Assembly (NCBI GenBank): GCA_964504285.1
Contig: CAZDDZ010000005.1
Location: forward strand, 1,084-65,083
Direction: 5' to 3'
DNA from: an uncultured Pseudoflavonifractor sp.
GTDB lineage: Bacteria > Bacillota > Clostridia > Oscillospirales > Oscillospiraceae
Length of the DNA stretch: 64,000 bases
Both the position numbers and the translations under genes were made by a program. Below are positions 1 to 9,691 of the stretch, in pieces. Below the pieces are notes generated by a model. It ran no database searches. It saw nothing but the letters and a program-made list of their open reading frames with translations, and was not told the origin of the DNA. Within the stretch, counting starts at the first letter, position 1, and each line of letters starts with the position of its first letter.

Positions 1-1
1 G

Positions 2-37
2 CTGGCCGAGCTGATTGCGGGGACGGGTGGAAAATAA
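2..37 (+). CDS. 3' end of a CDS truncated by the window edge (product unknown)
   Basis: Frame 2 is open from the edge (..LAELIAGTGGK) and stops at TAA 35-37. A hairpin terminator follows. Confidence 0.3.
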   Translation: MAELIAGTGGK

Positions 38-40
38 TAA

Positions 41-77
41 GCAGGGCCTGAATTTTTTATAAAAATTCAGGCCCTGC
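41..77. terminator. Bidirectional intrinsic terminator hairpin
   Basis: Perfect 13-bp arms gcagggcctgaat (41-53) and attcaggccctgc (65-77) around a T/A-rich loop, between two convergent CDS ends. Confidence 0.7.
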
Positions 78-110
78 TTATTAAAATAAAAGGCTAAATT
101 GTAGATGTAC

Positions 111-1001
111 TTACATTATATCGGAAAATAGCTGCGCCAAATGCAGCTTGCTCTCCTCAGTTAAAGGCTTAAAGGGGGCGCGACAGGTGCCGCAGTCAAT
201 CCCTTGAAGGGTAAAGCCGTACTTTACAGCGTTAAAGATCCCTGCCTTTACCATTGCTTCTACTCGTAAATTGAGCCGCGCTTGCGTAGTGTAAGCTTCT
301 TTAATACGGCCTTGAAGAAAAAGGTTGCGTATCTCCACAAACATGGGAGCAAATAAATTAACAGTCGTCCCTATGGTGGCGTGGGCACCCATGGAAAGGG
401 CGCCCAGGTACTGCTCGTCAAAGCCGTTAAAAAGAATTTTTTCGGGGTGCGCCGCATGAATGCGATCCATGGCGTAGAGATTATTAGAGGTATGCTTAAT
501 GCCGATAACATTGGGATTGCGCAGCAGCCGTTCGGCATTATCCTTGGAAAATTCGACACCGGTAAATTGCGGAATATTATAAATAATGGCCTTAATTCCC
601 GCTACTGCTTGGAGCACATCCTCGTAATAGGACATGATTTCATCCATAGAAAACTTATAGTAGTAGGGCGGTATCATAGAAACAGCCGTTACTCCGGCAC
701 TTTGCGCGTGCCTGGCCAGATCAATGACATCATGGGTGCGAATGGTGCCGATGTGAGAGATAACAGGCACTCGCCCGTTAACAGTGTCCATGACGCACTC
801 AAGAATTTTTTTGCGCTCCTCCAGACTTAGCAGAAGTCCTTCTCCCGAGGAGCCGCAGCAGTAGAACCCCTCTACACCACTTGCAAGCTGTTGCTCCACC
901 ACCTGTTTAAGGGCACTGTAATTGACATTCTCATTGGCATCGGTAGGGGTAATCAGAGCAGAAAAAATTTTTTTAAGACCGCTAAAATCATCACTTACCA
1001 T
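111..1001 (-). CDS. DapA/NanA-family class I pyruvate aldolase (dihydrodipicolinate synthase / N-acetylneuraminate lyase family)
   Basis: ORF-track protein has GSSGEG (GTTGE-like), IYNIP and a GIKHTS Schiff-base lysine context. ATG at 1001 is preferred; an alternative TTG start is at 1010. It overlaps the upstream SDR stop. Confidence 0.8.
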   Translation of the reverse strand: MVSDDFSGLKKIFSALITPTDANENVNYSALKQVVEQQLASGVEGFYCCGSSGEGLLLSLEERKKILECVMDTVNGRVPVISHIGTIRTHDVIDLARHAQSAGVTAVSMIPPYYYKFSMDEIMSYYEDVLQAVAGIKAIIYNIPQFTGVEFSKDNAERLLRNPNVIGIKHTSNNLYAMDRIHAAHPEKILFNGFDEQYLGALSMGAHATIGTTVNLFAPMFVEIRNLFLQGRIKEAYTTQARLNLRVEAMVKAGIFNAVKYGFTLQGIDCGTCRAPFKPLTEESKLHLAQLFSDIM

Positions 1002-1825
1002 GCCGTCCAACCACCATCAACAATGACATTGGAGCCGGTCATATACTTAGACGCGTCCGATGAAAGAAATACAATAGCGCCGTTGTATTCATCCTCGTTT
1101 GCCATTCTGCCGATGGGCATTCTGGCACAGTAGTTGTCCTGAAATCTCTTGTCCTGCGTGTCGCGGAACACACCGGAGGGGGTAAGCGTATTGACGCGAA
1201 TGCCCTGTTTGCCCCAATAAGTAGCAAGGTAGCGGGTCAAATTATAAATGCCGGATTTGGCGGCCGAGTAAGCCACCGGCTTTATAAAGGGAACGCCTGT
1301 CAGTTCCTTTTTGTAGGCATAGATGTCTTGGATGGGAGAGACCATGCCATAGATAGAGCCCACATTAATGATAGAGCCGCCCTTACCTTCCGCCACCATG
1401 CGTGCGCCCACTGCTTGGCAGGCAAGAAAGGTACCGGTCAGATTGGTCTCCACTACCTCGCGAAAGACCTCCTCGGGGAAATTTTCAAAGGGACCGGAAA
1501 CCTCCGGCGGAGCAGAGGGTTGGGTATCAATGCCGGCATTGTTAATCATTACGTCAGGCGCTCCCCCCCAGACCTGCTTTATTTGATCCAGCGCAGCCTC
1601 AATGGTCTCCTTTTTAGTAATGTCCACAGCATAAAAGTTTAGTCTGTCGCCATGAAACTCTTGAGCAGGAAATACTTTATCTACACGCTCGGGGGAAGGG
1701 TTTTTTGTAAAAATAGCGACTTTGGCACCGCGACTGTATAGCTCTTTGGCAAATTGAGCGCCAATTTGTCCCAGTCCGCCTGAAATAACACAGATTTTGT
1801 TTTCTACACTGAATAGCTTGTCCAT
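995..1825 (-). CDS. Short-chain dehydrogenase/reductase (SDR) family oxidoreductase
   Basis: Rossmann motif ISGGLGQIG and catalytic YSAAK motif. Confidence 0.85.
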   Translation of the reverse strand: MDKLFSVENKICVISGGLGQIGAQFAKELYSRGAKVAIFTKNPSPERVDKVFPAQEFHGDRLNFYAVDITKKETIEAALDQIKQVWGGAPDVMINNAGIDTQPSAPPEVSGPFENFPEEVFREVVETNLTGTFLACQAVGARMVAEGKGGSIINVGSIYGMVSPIQDIYAYKKELTGVPFIKPVAYSAAKSGIYNLTRYLATYWGKQGIRVNTLTPSGVFRDTQDKRFQDNYCARMPIGRMANEDEYNGAIVFLSSDASKYMTGSNVIVDGGWTAW

Positions 1826-1878
1826 TGTAAGTTCCTTTCATCGGCTAAGCAAGTAATCAAGCTGCATTGAGGCACTGA

Positions 1879-2286
1879 CTATGCACAGCCCACCGTAATA
1901 AGAATATTTGCAAATGTTCGCCCTTCCCCTGTTGCAATGGCAAGAGCAAGGGGAGGGTCTCCCATGCAGGTGTTATAAAATCCAATTCGGTCAAGCCCCT
2001 CCAGCTCCAGTCCCAAAATAGACCTGAAATCATGAAAGATGTGGGGCTCTGATTCGTTTTCCGGCACCATGACCTGGGCTTTCTCCACAGAAACAGCAGT
2101 CATTATGGTTTCCAGCACGTCTGTGACGGTTGGTAAGCCGCGTTTTAAGCCGAGATAGACCTTGGGACAGCTTCCCGTTTTTTCGGCCAGGGGGTAATTT
2201 CCGTCGGCAATCAAAATTTTACTGCCATGCCCACAGTGGGAGAGCGCATCCATAATTTCAGGGTGAATGCAGGTAGTTAAAAGCAT
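1879..2286 (-). CDS. RbsD/FucU family protein (sugar pyranase/mutarotase)
   Basis: 135 aa; N-terminal CIHPEIMDALSHCGHGSKILIADGNYP resembles the FucU/RbsD GHGD..I.D motif. Confidence 0.7.
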   Translation of the reverse strand: MLLTTCIHPEIMDALSHCGHGSKILIADGNYPLAEKTGSCPKVYLGLKRGLPTVTDVLETIMTAVSVEKAQVMVPENESEPHIFHDFRSILGLELEGLDRIGFYNTCMGDPPLALAIATGEGRTFANILITVGCA

Positions 2287-2295
2287 GGAAATACC

Positions 2296-2907
2296 CTACC
2301 TTTCGTTTTCACGCAACTGTCCCAGCGTACCACCGGGATGCCAACGCACATATTGCTGCGGTGTAATTTCGTGGTGAGCCTGCAATAAAACCGTGAGGGT
2401 TTGAAGTACAAGTGTCTCAGCCAAAATGGACATTCTGGGCGCGCGGCCCAGGGGGCCACCCTCTGCTTTTGCCATGGCCAGCAAGTGCACATCACTTTGT
2501 ACAGCCAGCCAGGAGTGGGCGTTGCCGCTGACCCCGATGACCCGACAACCGTTATTTTTAACCGCAAGCACAGTGGCGCGCATTTCAGCGGTTTCACCGC
2601 TGTTAGAAATAAAAATAACCACATCCCCCGGCACCAACTGCCCGCAGGAGCCATGCACCGCCTCGGTGCCATGGAGAAAGTAGGCCGGAGTTCCCGTAGA
2701 GGAGAGCAGGGAAGCGATGTAGCCGGCGATGTGAGCCGGTTTTCCAATGCCGGAAATGTGGACACGATTTCCCTGCGCCTGAGCAGCCAAAATAAGCTCA
2801 GCGGCACAGGAAATTTGATCCAGGCCATCTTCGCCGATACAGCCATCTAAATCAGTCCTGACCGTAGTGAGAAAAGAGCGACCTGCATTGCGTGCTTGTT
2901 CCTTCAT
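2296..2907 (-). CDS. Single-domain SIS sugar-phosphate isomerase, KdsD/GutQ-like (arabinose-5-phosphate isomerase-like, no CBS domains)
   Basis: ISGIGKPAHIAGYIASLLSSTGTPAYFLHGTEAVHG and ISNSGETAE motifs. Start moved to ATG 2907 (GAAGG RBS); the 3102 extension overlaps the kinase gene. Confidence 0.75.
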   Translation of the reverse strand: MKEQARNAGRSFLTTVRTDLDGCIGEDGLDQISCAAELILAAQAQGNRVHISGIGKPAHIAGYIASLLSSTGTPAYFLHGTEAVHGSCGQLVPGDVVIFISNSGETAEMRATVLAVKNNGCRVIGVSGNAHSWLAVQSDVHLLAMAKAEGGPLGRAPRMSILAETLVLQTLTVLLQAHHEITPQQYVRWHPGGTLGQLRENER

Positions 2908-2941
2908 GAAAAGTGCACCTTCTTTAGAGGGGTAATGTTGG

Positions 2942-3910
2942 TCAGCGGCCCTGCCGCTCCAGCAGAAGCCGCTCCACAGCTTCGAGGGTTGGCAGTGAGG
3001 GCATAGCACCCGGCCTGGAGACCGTAATAGCTGCTGTGTGGTTTGCGAAAAGCAAAGCATCCTCCCAGTTCCAGCCACAGCAGACACCCACGGCAAAGGC
3101 ACTGACGAAGGAATCGCCTGCAGCGGTGGGATCTACGGCGGTAATACCGCTGACACAGGGGCTGTGGAAAAAACCGTCCTTATTTGCCAAGACGGCACCC
3201 GCCTCGCCCAGCGTAATTAAGACATTTAGAACGCCCTTGTCCCGCAAGACCTGGGCAGCTGCTTTTGCCGCAGCCAGATCAATTTCTTTGCCCTGATGGC
3301 CAATGGTAATGCCGGTTAAATCCGCAATTTCGTGCTCATTGGGTGAAATAAAGGTAAGTCCGGAGAGCAGTTTGTCCGAAAGAGGGGCGCTGGGGGCAGA
3401 GTTAAGCATGACGGGAACCTTGGCAGCATTGGCGTAAGAGACAATTAGTTCGTTGATCTCCATGGGAATTTCCAACTGCAAGAGAACCAGGTCATAGTCG
3501 GAAATTGTCTCCTTTAGAAAGGACACATCTGACTCGGTTATGGTCATGTTGGCACCCGGGATGACCAAGATGCGGTTTTTGGTCTGACCGTCCGGCATTT
3601 CCTCCAGCAGCACCACCGCGCAGCCGGAGGCAACAGTGTCATCGTAGCGGACATGCTCGGTATGAACCCCGGCCTGCGCACAGGCACTCAAAAGCTCTGT
3701 ACCGTTTGTATCGCGGCCTAACTTGCCCACCATGGTTACATCTGCACCAAGAAGAGCAGCCTGGACAGCTTGATTGGCCCCTTTTCCGCCCGGCGCTTTT
3801 GAAAAGGTTTTTCCAAATACCGTCTGCCCCTCACGGGGGAATATGTCTGTCCGTACAATTTGGTCGAGGACAAAACTGCCTACCAGTAATATTTTTGGTT
3901 TTTTCTCCAT
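2942..3910 (-). CDS. PfkB-family carbohydrate kinase, ribokinase-like
   Basis: GGKGANQAV and DPTAAGDSF (NxxGAGD-type) motifs; 322 aa. Confidence 0.85.
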   Translation of the reverse strand: MEKKPKILLVGSFVLDQIVRTDIFPREGQTVFGKTFSKAPGGKGANQAVQAALLGADVTMVGKLGRDTNGTELLSACAQAGVHTEHVRYDDTVASGCAVVLLEEMPDGQTKNRILVIPGANMTITESDVSFLKETISDYDLVLLQLEIPMEINELIVSYANAAKVPVMLNSAPSAPLSDKLLSGLTFISPNEHEIADLTGITIGHQGKEIDLAAAKAAAQVLRDKGVLNVLITLGEAGAVLANKDGFFHSPCVSGITAVDPTAAGDSFVSAFAVGVCCGWNWEDALLFANHTAAITVSRPGAMPSLPTLEAVERLLLERQGR

Positions 3911-3953
3911 GGAAATGTTCCTCCCACTTGCTGTCCGTACAGGACAGCGAGGT

Positions 3954-4116
3954 TAGAGCCTTTCTGAAAAGTTCGTGCATCCGTCTTTTAAAGAAAAACT
4001 TCGCCAGGCTGCGCCATTTTTACTTGACATCCGCCCTGCATTCCTGCCCAGAACAAATTTCCTGCCAAAATTTTTGTTCCAGATTCCGGATACAGCGACT
4101 GTTCAGAAATGCTCTA
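3954..4116. mobile_element. Diverged copy of the family-B MITE-like repeat (TAGAGCG-type terminal inverted repeats)
   Basis: Left end is tagagcctttctgaaaagt and right end actgttcagaaatgctcta. The interior aligns with the reverse-orientation copies, including gccaggc..ccattttt. The terminal cta at 4114-4116 is the stop codon of the aldolase gene. Confidence 0.65.
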
Positions 4117-4923
4117 GTCGGCAACGGTTACGACTGCGTCGCGCTCGGCAATGATTTGCTTGACCGCGGCGTTCATATTAAACATATCGCTGCCCATAAT
4201 AATCATATTTACACCCCGATCAATGAGGGTCTTAACACTGTCAGCCACCGGAGGAATCGCGGGGGCCATCAGACCCATGCCCAGAGCCTCGGTTTTCTTG
4301 GCGATGACATCCATGGCGGAACGGACGTTTGGCTCGTTAACGTCATAGAACTTGGGAATGCACAGGGACATAGCGTAGTCGGCGGGGCCAAAGTTAATGG
4401 CATCAATGCCGGGTACGCTCATGATTTCCTCAATGTTGTCCATAAACTCAAAGTCCTCGGCCATAGGAATTACCAACTCAGTTTCATTGCTGTGCTTAAT
4501 GTAATCCACTGCGTTATAGCCGGCGCCGCCGTAACCGGCGCTGCGCACCGTGCCGTCATAACCGCGCCGCCACAGGGGCTGATCTTTCTGGGGGAACTTA
4601 GCGCCCCGAACGCATATTTCGGCATCCTGTCGGTTTCTCACATGGGGAATAATGACGCCTTCCGCACCCATTTCAAGAGCCTTGCGGATTTCGATTTCGT
4701 CGGGACGGGTAACACGAACCAGAGGGGAAATGCCGGCGTTACGGGCGGCCATAACGCAGTCCTTTAAATCGGTCGCGGCAAAGGGAGAGTGCTCGGCATC
4801 AATAAAAACAAAGTCCAGCCCGTAATGGCCCAGGGTCTCAATAATGGCGGGAGAACCGGTGTAGATGGTCATACCAAACACAGGGCGCTTAGACATTTTT
4901 TCCTTTAAATGATTTTCAAACAT
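4114..4923 (-). CDS. HpcH/HpaI-family class II 2-keto-3-deoxy-acid (pyruvate) aldolase
   Basis: FVFIDAEHSPF, VRVTRPD and PGIDAINFGPADYAMSL motifs are typical of the family. Confidence 0.8.
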   Translation of the reverse strand: MFENHLKEKMSKRPVFGMTIYTGSPAIIETLGHYGLDFVFIDAEHSPFAATDLKDCVMAARNAGISPLVRVTRPDEIEIRKALEMGAEGVIIPHVRNRQDAEICVRGAKFPQKDQPLWRRGYDGTVRSAGYGGAGYNAVDYIKHSNETELVIPMAEDFEFMDNIEEIMSVPGIDAINFGPADYAMSLCIPKFYDVNEPNVRSAMDVIAKKTEALGMGLMAPAIPPVADSVKTLIDRGVNMIIMGSDMFNMNAAVKQIIAERDAVVTVAD

Positions 4924-4941
4924 GACTGTTATCTCCTTAAT

Positions 4942-5691
4942 TTAATGTTTATTTGCAGGCAAATTGCCAAGGTAAAACGACTTGATATCCTCATGCTTGC
5001 GAAGGTTTTCGGTCTGGTCCTCAAAAACTACGTGACCTTCGGACAGGATATAGGCGTAGTCGGAAATACGCAGCGCAGCACGTACGTTTTGCTCTACCAG
5101 TAGAATGGTAATTCCTTCGCTATGAATTTTTTGCACATAGGCATAAATTTCATCCGCAATTTTGGGGGAGAGAGCGGCGGAGGGCTCGTCAAGAATCAGC
5201 AGCTTAGGGTTCGACATAAGACCCCGTCCAATGCTGAGCATTTGCTGCTCACCGCCCGATAGAACGCCGGAGGCACTTTTAAACCGGGTCTTTAGGCGGG
5301 GCATGGATTCCAAAACCATCTCAACGTTGGAAGCAATTTTTTTTCGGTCTTTAATAGAGTAGGCACCCAGCAAAAGGTTTTCCTCTACCGTCATGGAGGG
5401 GAACACGTCCTTGCCCTGAGTAACATAGGCAATGCCCTTTTTTACAACGTTCTGGGGCTTTACGTCAACAAGAGACTCTGACTCAAAAAGAATTTCTCCG
5501 CCAGTTACTCGAAGCATCCCGGTAATTGCCCGGAGGGTGGTGCTCTTTCCACAGCCGTTTCCGCCCAATATGGCAGTAATGGAATTACGTTTGACAGAGA
5601 GCGACATGCCGTTGAGAATTTGCAGCTTTCCGTACCCGGCCGTGATTTCTTTTACATCCAGCATGATGTCATTCATTGTATTATCCCTCAT
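4942..5691 (-). CDS. ABC transporter ATP-binding protein, LivF-like (HAAT family)
   Basis: Walker A GGNGCGKST, signature LSGGEQQML, Walker B LLILDEP. Confidence 0.85.
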   Translation of the reverse strand: MRDNTMNDIMLDVKEITAGYGKLQILNGMSLSVKRNSITAILGGNGCGKSTTLRAITGMLRVTGGEILFESESLVDVKPQNVVKKGIAYVTQGKDVFPSMTVEENLLLGAYSIKDRKKIASNVEMVLESMPRLKTRFKSASGVLSGGEQQMLSIGRGLMSNPKLLILDEPSAALSPKIADEIYAYVQKIHSEGITILLVEQNVRAALRISDYAYILSEGHVVFEDQTENLRKHEDIKSFYLGNLPANKH

Positions 5692-6446
5692 TCCTGAGTG
5701 CCGAGATAGGCCTCAATAACTTTGGGGTCATTCTGCGCGTCGACCGGCTTACCCACAAAAATACGTTCGCCGTAATCGAATACCGTTAGCTCTTCGCAGA
5801 CATTCATTACCACGTCCATGATGTGCTCAATCATGAGCACGGTAATGCCCAGCTCGTCCCTAAAATAGTGCACTAACTCGATAAGCTTATCGATATTCAA
5901 GGGGTCAAGGCCGGCGGCGCACTCGTCTAAAAGAAGCAGCTTGGGCGTGTTAATGCAGCCAATGCCAAGCTGGAGCATTCTACGCTGGCCAATGGAAATG
6001 CCCTCGGCTGAATTGTAAGCTTTTTTTTCAAGGCCAATGATCTGCAACATTTCAAAGGCGCGCGCTGTCATTTCCTTTTTTTCGCGCAGGCACCGGGGGG
6101 AGGAGAGCATGGCGTCAAACATGGTGCTCTTTTCATATAGCGCCTGTGCCAAAATTAGATTGTCCAGCACGGTAAGGCTGGGAAAAATGCGCAATAGCTG
6201 AAAGGTTCGGGCAACGCCGGAGTGGGCAATTTTATGGGGTTCCATTCCTGTAATGTCTTTGCCATCAAAGAAAATTTTGCCGGAGGTGGGCTTATAGAGA
6301 CCGCTAACGCAGTTAAAAAGGGTAGTCTTACCAGAACCGTTAGGGCCGATAATGCCATGAATGGAGCCGGGCTTGACCTCCAGACTGATGTTATCCAGGG
6401 CGGTGACACCGCCAAATTTCATGGTTAAGGAGTCTACTTTAAGCAT
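5688..6446 (-). CDS. ABC transporter ATP-binding protein, LivG-like (HAAT family)
   Basis: Walker A GPNGSGKTT and Walker B LLLLDE; 4-nt overlap with the downstream ATPase. Confidence 0.85.
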   Translation of the reverse strand: MLKVDSLTMKFGGVTALDNISLEVKPGSIHGIIGPNGSGKTTLFNCVSGLYKPTSGKIFFDGKDITGMEPHKIAHSGVARTFQLLRIFPSLTVLDNLILAQALYEKSTMFDAMLSSPRCLREKKEMTARAFEMLQIIGLEKKAYNSAEGISIGQRRMLQLGIGCINTPKLLLLDECAAGLDPLNIDKLIELVHYFRDELGITVLMIEHIMDVVMNVCEELTVFDYGERIFVGKPVDAQNDPKVIEAYLGTQE

Positions 6447-7459
6447 GACACGTCTCCTCCCTTTGCTGCGGTGTCTTCCTGCTTGTGCTGCTCACGTATC
6501 ATTTTTTGCTGCTTCCTATGCTGAAGCGTTCCTACAATGCCGCGTTGCAGGAAAAGGACAATTAAAATCATGGCAAGTCCGAAGGCAATTTTCTGGAAAT
6601 CGGCATATGCACGGGTGTATTCATAAACCAGGGTAACTAGGGTAGCGCCGATGACCGCGCCCCAGGTGCTGCCCAGGCCGCCCAAAACAATCATCAGCAG
6701 AAAGTTGGTTTGGAGCGCCTGCACAAAGGTGGTGGGGCTGATATAGCCGTAATACCCGGAGTAAAGACAGCCGGCGATACCGGCAAACACGGCGCAAAGG
6801 GTAAACGCCATAATTTTTACCTTGCGCACGTTAATGCCCATAACCGAGGCCGCCAGGGGATCGTCCTTAATGGCAGTAAAGCGTTTTCCGTAGTTAGAAC
6901 GAATAAAGTTATTGACTACAACAACGCCCAGCAGAGCAAAGGCCATGATAAAGAAATAGCTCATGGTCTTGTTTTTCATAACCCATCCGAAAATCTCCAG
7001 CTTGGGAATGCGAGAAACACCGTTGGCCTTACCAGCCCAGTCAGCACTGTTAATAATAAGCCGAACGGATTCGGCAAAGCCAATGGTGCAGAGCGAGAGG
7101 TAAGGACCCTCTACCTTGAGGGAGGGAATGCCCACCAGCATACCAAAAGCCATGGAGATAAGAATGGTAATGACCAGCGTGGGGAGAAAGCCAAGGCCCA
7201 GTTTTGTGGTCAACAGTGCACCGCAGTAAGCGCCGATGCAGTAAAAGCCGTACTGACCCATATTAATTTGACCGGCCAGGCCGGTAACGAAGTGCATACC
7301 GAGCGCCAGCAAAATATTGATGCCCACCATGCAGCCAATGTGTATGTAATAATCACCCGAAAATATAAAGGGGATAATTACAATGAGAACAGCCATCAAG
7401 GCGGTAAAAAGCAGTTCCTTATGCTTCAAATAGAAGCTGCCGTTTAATTGATTCTTCAT
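6434..7459 (-). CDS. ABC transporter permease, LivM-like (HAAT family)
   Basis: Polytopic membrane protein; position and length match LivM. It has a C-terminal charged tail. Confidence 0.8.
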   Translation of the reverse strand: MKNQLNGSFYLKHKELLFTALMAVLIVIIPFIFSGDYYIHIGCMVGINILLALGMHFVTGLAGQINMGQYGFYCIGAYCGALLTTKLGLGFLPTLVITILISMAFGMLVGIPSLKVEGPYLSLCTIGFAESVRLIINSADWAGKANGVSRIPKLEIFGWVMKNKTMSYFFIMAFALLGVVVVNNFIRSNYGKRFTAIKDDPLAASVMGINVRKVKIMAFTLCAVFAGIAGCLYSGYYGYISPTTFVQALQTNFLLMIVLGGLGSTWGAVIGATLVTLVYEYTRAYADFQKIAFGLAMILIVLFLQRGIVGTLQHRKQQKMIREQHKQEDTAAKGGDVSCLK

Positions 7460-7470
7460 ATGCGTACCCC

Positions 7471-8358
7471 TTATGCTTTCTGTTTGGTCTTAGTGGTAAA
7501 CAGACCGCCGGGCTTGACCATCAGGACAAAAATCATAATTACAAAGCTGACAATATCCTTGTACTCCGTACCGATGATGCTGCCGCCGAATGTTTCCACA
7601 ACACCGATGATAATGCCGCCGGCCATAGCGCCGTAAACATTTCCCAAACCGCCTACTACCGCCGCGCTAAAGGCCTTTAAGAGCATAATGGCCGCCATAT
7701 TGTAGCGCACATAGATAATTTGCGCACTGAGAATGCCGGAAATTGCACTGAGTGCTGCGGCAAGTCCAAAGGAAAAGGAAACCACCAGATTTGTGTCGAC
7801 CCCCATCAGCGCGGAAATCGACTTGTTATAAGAAACGGCTTTCATGGCTAAGCCGAGTTTTGTCTTTTTAAACATTAGGTGCAGCAGGAACATAATCCCC
7901 AGCGCCACAGCTAGGATAATTAAATAGATTGGCTGAATGGAGATGGAGCCCAAACGAATGCTCTCGCCAAAATTAGCGTTATAGCTCTTAGAAACCGCGC
8001 CCCAAATCAGCCAGTAGGAATTTTGCAGGATGGAGGACATACCAAAGCCAGCGACGACAAAAGTCAGACCGCGAACCGAAAAGCCTCCGCTCATGGAGAG
8101 AATGGGGTTATAAACAATTCGCTGAATTAAAATGGCAAAAACCGCGGTGCCAATTGCGGCCAATATTATTGCGACAACCAGAGGAACACGATTGGAATAG
8201 AGCACCCAACCCAGAAATGCGCCTAATGTAAAAACTTCTCCCTGGGCAAAGTGAATAATATCCAATGAGGCGTAAATCAGAGATATCGATAGCGCCAGAA
8301 GTCCGTAAAGCGCGCCTACCGATACGCCGATGATTAACAAGTCGAAAAACAAGCCCAT
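7471..8358 (-). CDS. ABC transporter permease, LivH-like (HAAT family)
   Basis: 295-aa polytopic membrane protein immediately upstream of the LivM-like gene. Confidence 0.8.
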   Translation of the reverse strand: MGLFFDLLIIGVSVGALYGLLALSISLIYASLDIIHFAQGEVFTLGAFLGWVLYSNRVPLVVAIILAAIGTAVFAILIQRIVYNPILSMSGGFSVRGLTFVVAGFGMSSILQNSYWLIWGAVSKSYNANFGESIRLGSISIQPIYLIILAVALGIMFLLHLMFKKTKLGLAMKAVSYNKSISALMGVDTNLVVSFSFGLAAALSAISGILSAQIIYVRYNMAAIMLLKAFSAAVVGGLGNVYGAMAGGIIIGVVETFGGSIIGTEYKDIVSFVIMIFVLMVKPGGLFTTKTKQKA

Positions 8359-8441
8359 TGCTAAGAACCAACCTTCCTTTTTTATACCGTAGCCGGGAAA
8401 TGACTCCCGGCTACGGTATAGGCAAATAGTGACTGTTCTTT

Positions 8442-9641
8442 TTATTCGCTGGCAGCCTTCAAGCAGGTCCAGGTAAAGTCGGGTGCCAGTTGGTAAATGC
8501 TGCTGACCTTTTTACCGTCACGATCCTGGGGACCGCCACCGGGGCCGAAGGAGGATACGCCGGTAAGACCGACCCAGTCCTTTACGGAAGCAAGACCGTC
8601 ACGGATAGCGGTGCGATCTGCCGCCAAGGTGTCAGGTGTGTTTCCGAGCTCCAGGGTGCCCAGCACATCGGCAATTAGCGCCACGGTGTCATAAGCCTGA
8701 GCGGCATTGTGATCCAGACTTCCGCTTACCACAGAGGTGTACTCATCAACAAAGGACTTGATTTCGGGGCGGGTATCACTGGCGCTGAAGGTGGTGCTGA
8801 AAATAGCGCCCACAGCGGCATTGCCGGCAACGCCGTAGAAGTCGGCGGAGGACATGGAGGAGAAGCCGCAGACGGGAATATCCTTGGAAATACCCACATC
8901 AAGCCTCTGGCTTACCGCAATGGCTAACTCTGCCTCGTGGCCACAGAATACAATCACATCGGGCTCAGCCGCCTTTACTGCAAGAAGCTGGGTTTTAAAG
9001 TCAACGTCACCCTCATTCCATTCCTGAACGATGACGGGTTCCATTTGATACTGATCTTTCAGTCGGGCTACAAAGTTTTCGTACTGGCCCAAGCCAAGGG
9101 TGCCGGTCTCATGCATGACGGCAATTCGCTTGGCGGCCATGTCACCTACGATGTAGTCACAAAGCGTATAGGAATGATAGATGTCGGCAACGGAATTGCG
9201 GAAGAACCACTCGTTTCCATATTCTGCGGTAATTGTGGTGTTTGTTGCCTGGGGGGTAATGCAGGGAATTTTATACTCCTCGCAAAGGTCAATAACGGCC
9301 AGCGCGCAGCTGGAGGTAGTGGGGCCCACAACAAGGAGAACCTTGTCCTCGGAAACCAAACGAGTAAATGCATCTACTGCCTTTGTAGAGTCACCTTCGG
9401 TATCATAGTAGACTGCCTCAAGGGGGAGCCCCTTTACGCCGCCCTTTTCGTTAATACCTTTTATCGCGTGTTCAATAGTCGCCTTCATTTTTGTGCCAGC
9501 TTCATCGGAAAAACGGAGAAATACGCCAATTTTATAGGAGCCTGACGCCGGGTCGGATTTGCCGCCTGTTTTGGGAGTGCAACCCACCAACATGCTGACA
9601 AGCATAGCGGTGGCCAAGAGCAGTGCCATGAGCTTTTTCAT
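8442..9641 (-). CDS. Type I periplasmic-binding-fold substrate-binding lipoprotein (LivJ/K-like, ligand unknown)
   Basis: Signal peptide with lipobox MLVGC. Start moved to ATG 9641, which has a GGAGGG RBS. Confidence 0.8.
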   Translation of the reverse strand: MKKLMALLLATAMLVSMLVGCTPKTGGKSDPASGSYKIGVFLRFSDEAGTKMKATIEHAIKGINEKGGVKGLPLEAVYYDTEGDSTKAVDAFTRLVSEDKVLLVVGPTTSSCALAVIDLCEEYKIPCITPQATNTTITAEYGNEWFFRNSVADIYHSYTLCDYIVGDMAAKRIAVMHETGTLGLGQYENFVARLKDQYQMEPVIVQEWNEGDVDFKTQLLAVKAAEPDVIVFCGHEAELAIAVSQRLDVGISKDIPVCGFSSMSSADFYGVAGNAAVGAIFSTTFSASDTRPEIKSFVDEYTSVVSGSLDHNAAQAYDTVALIADVLGTLELGNTPDTLAADRTAIRDGLASVKDWVGLTGVSSFGPGGGPQDRDGKKVSSIYQLAPDFTWTCLKAASE

Positions 9642-9677
9642 TTCTGTCCCTCCATTTTTATTGCTTTTTGTATGATT

Positions 9678-9691
9678 GTATGATATCATAC
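9678..9691. promoter_or_regulatory. Candidate GntR/FadR-type operator (perfect 14-bp palindrome)
   Basis: gtatgatatcatac lies 37 nt upstream of the binding-protein start. It is preceded by a half-site repeat, tgtatgat. Confidence 0.4.

Noticed and set aside
2296-3910. Fructosamine (Frl-type) pathway: PfkB kinase as FrlD, SIS protein as FrlB deglycase, GntR as FrlR, amino-acid-type ABC importer
   Set aside because: This is an attractive alternative because it would explain the Liv-type transporter. However, FrlB-type deglycases have two SIS domains (about 330 aa), whereas this protein is a single SIS of 203 aa with KdsD-like motifs. The two pyruvate aldolases and FucU/RbsD are also not part of Frl pathways. 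I keep it as a competing hypothesis to test, not as the call.
3706-4767. 353-aa plus-strand ORF
   Set aside because: It lies entirely antisense to the well-supported PfkB kinase and HpcH aldolase genes and crosses a repeat. It has no RBS and a low-complexity, Gly/Ala/His-rich translation, typical of shadow ORFs in GC-rich DNA.
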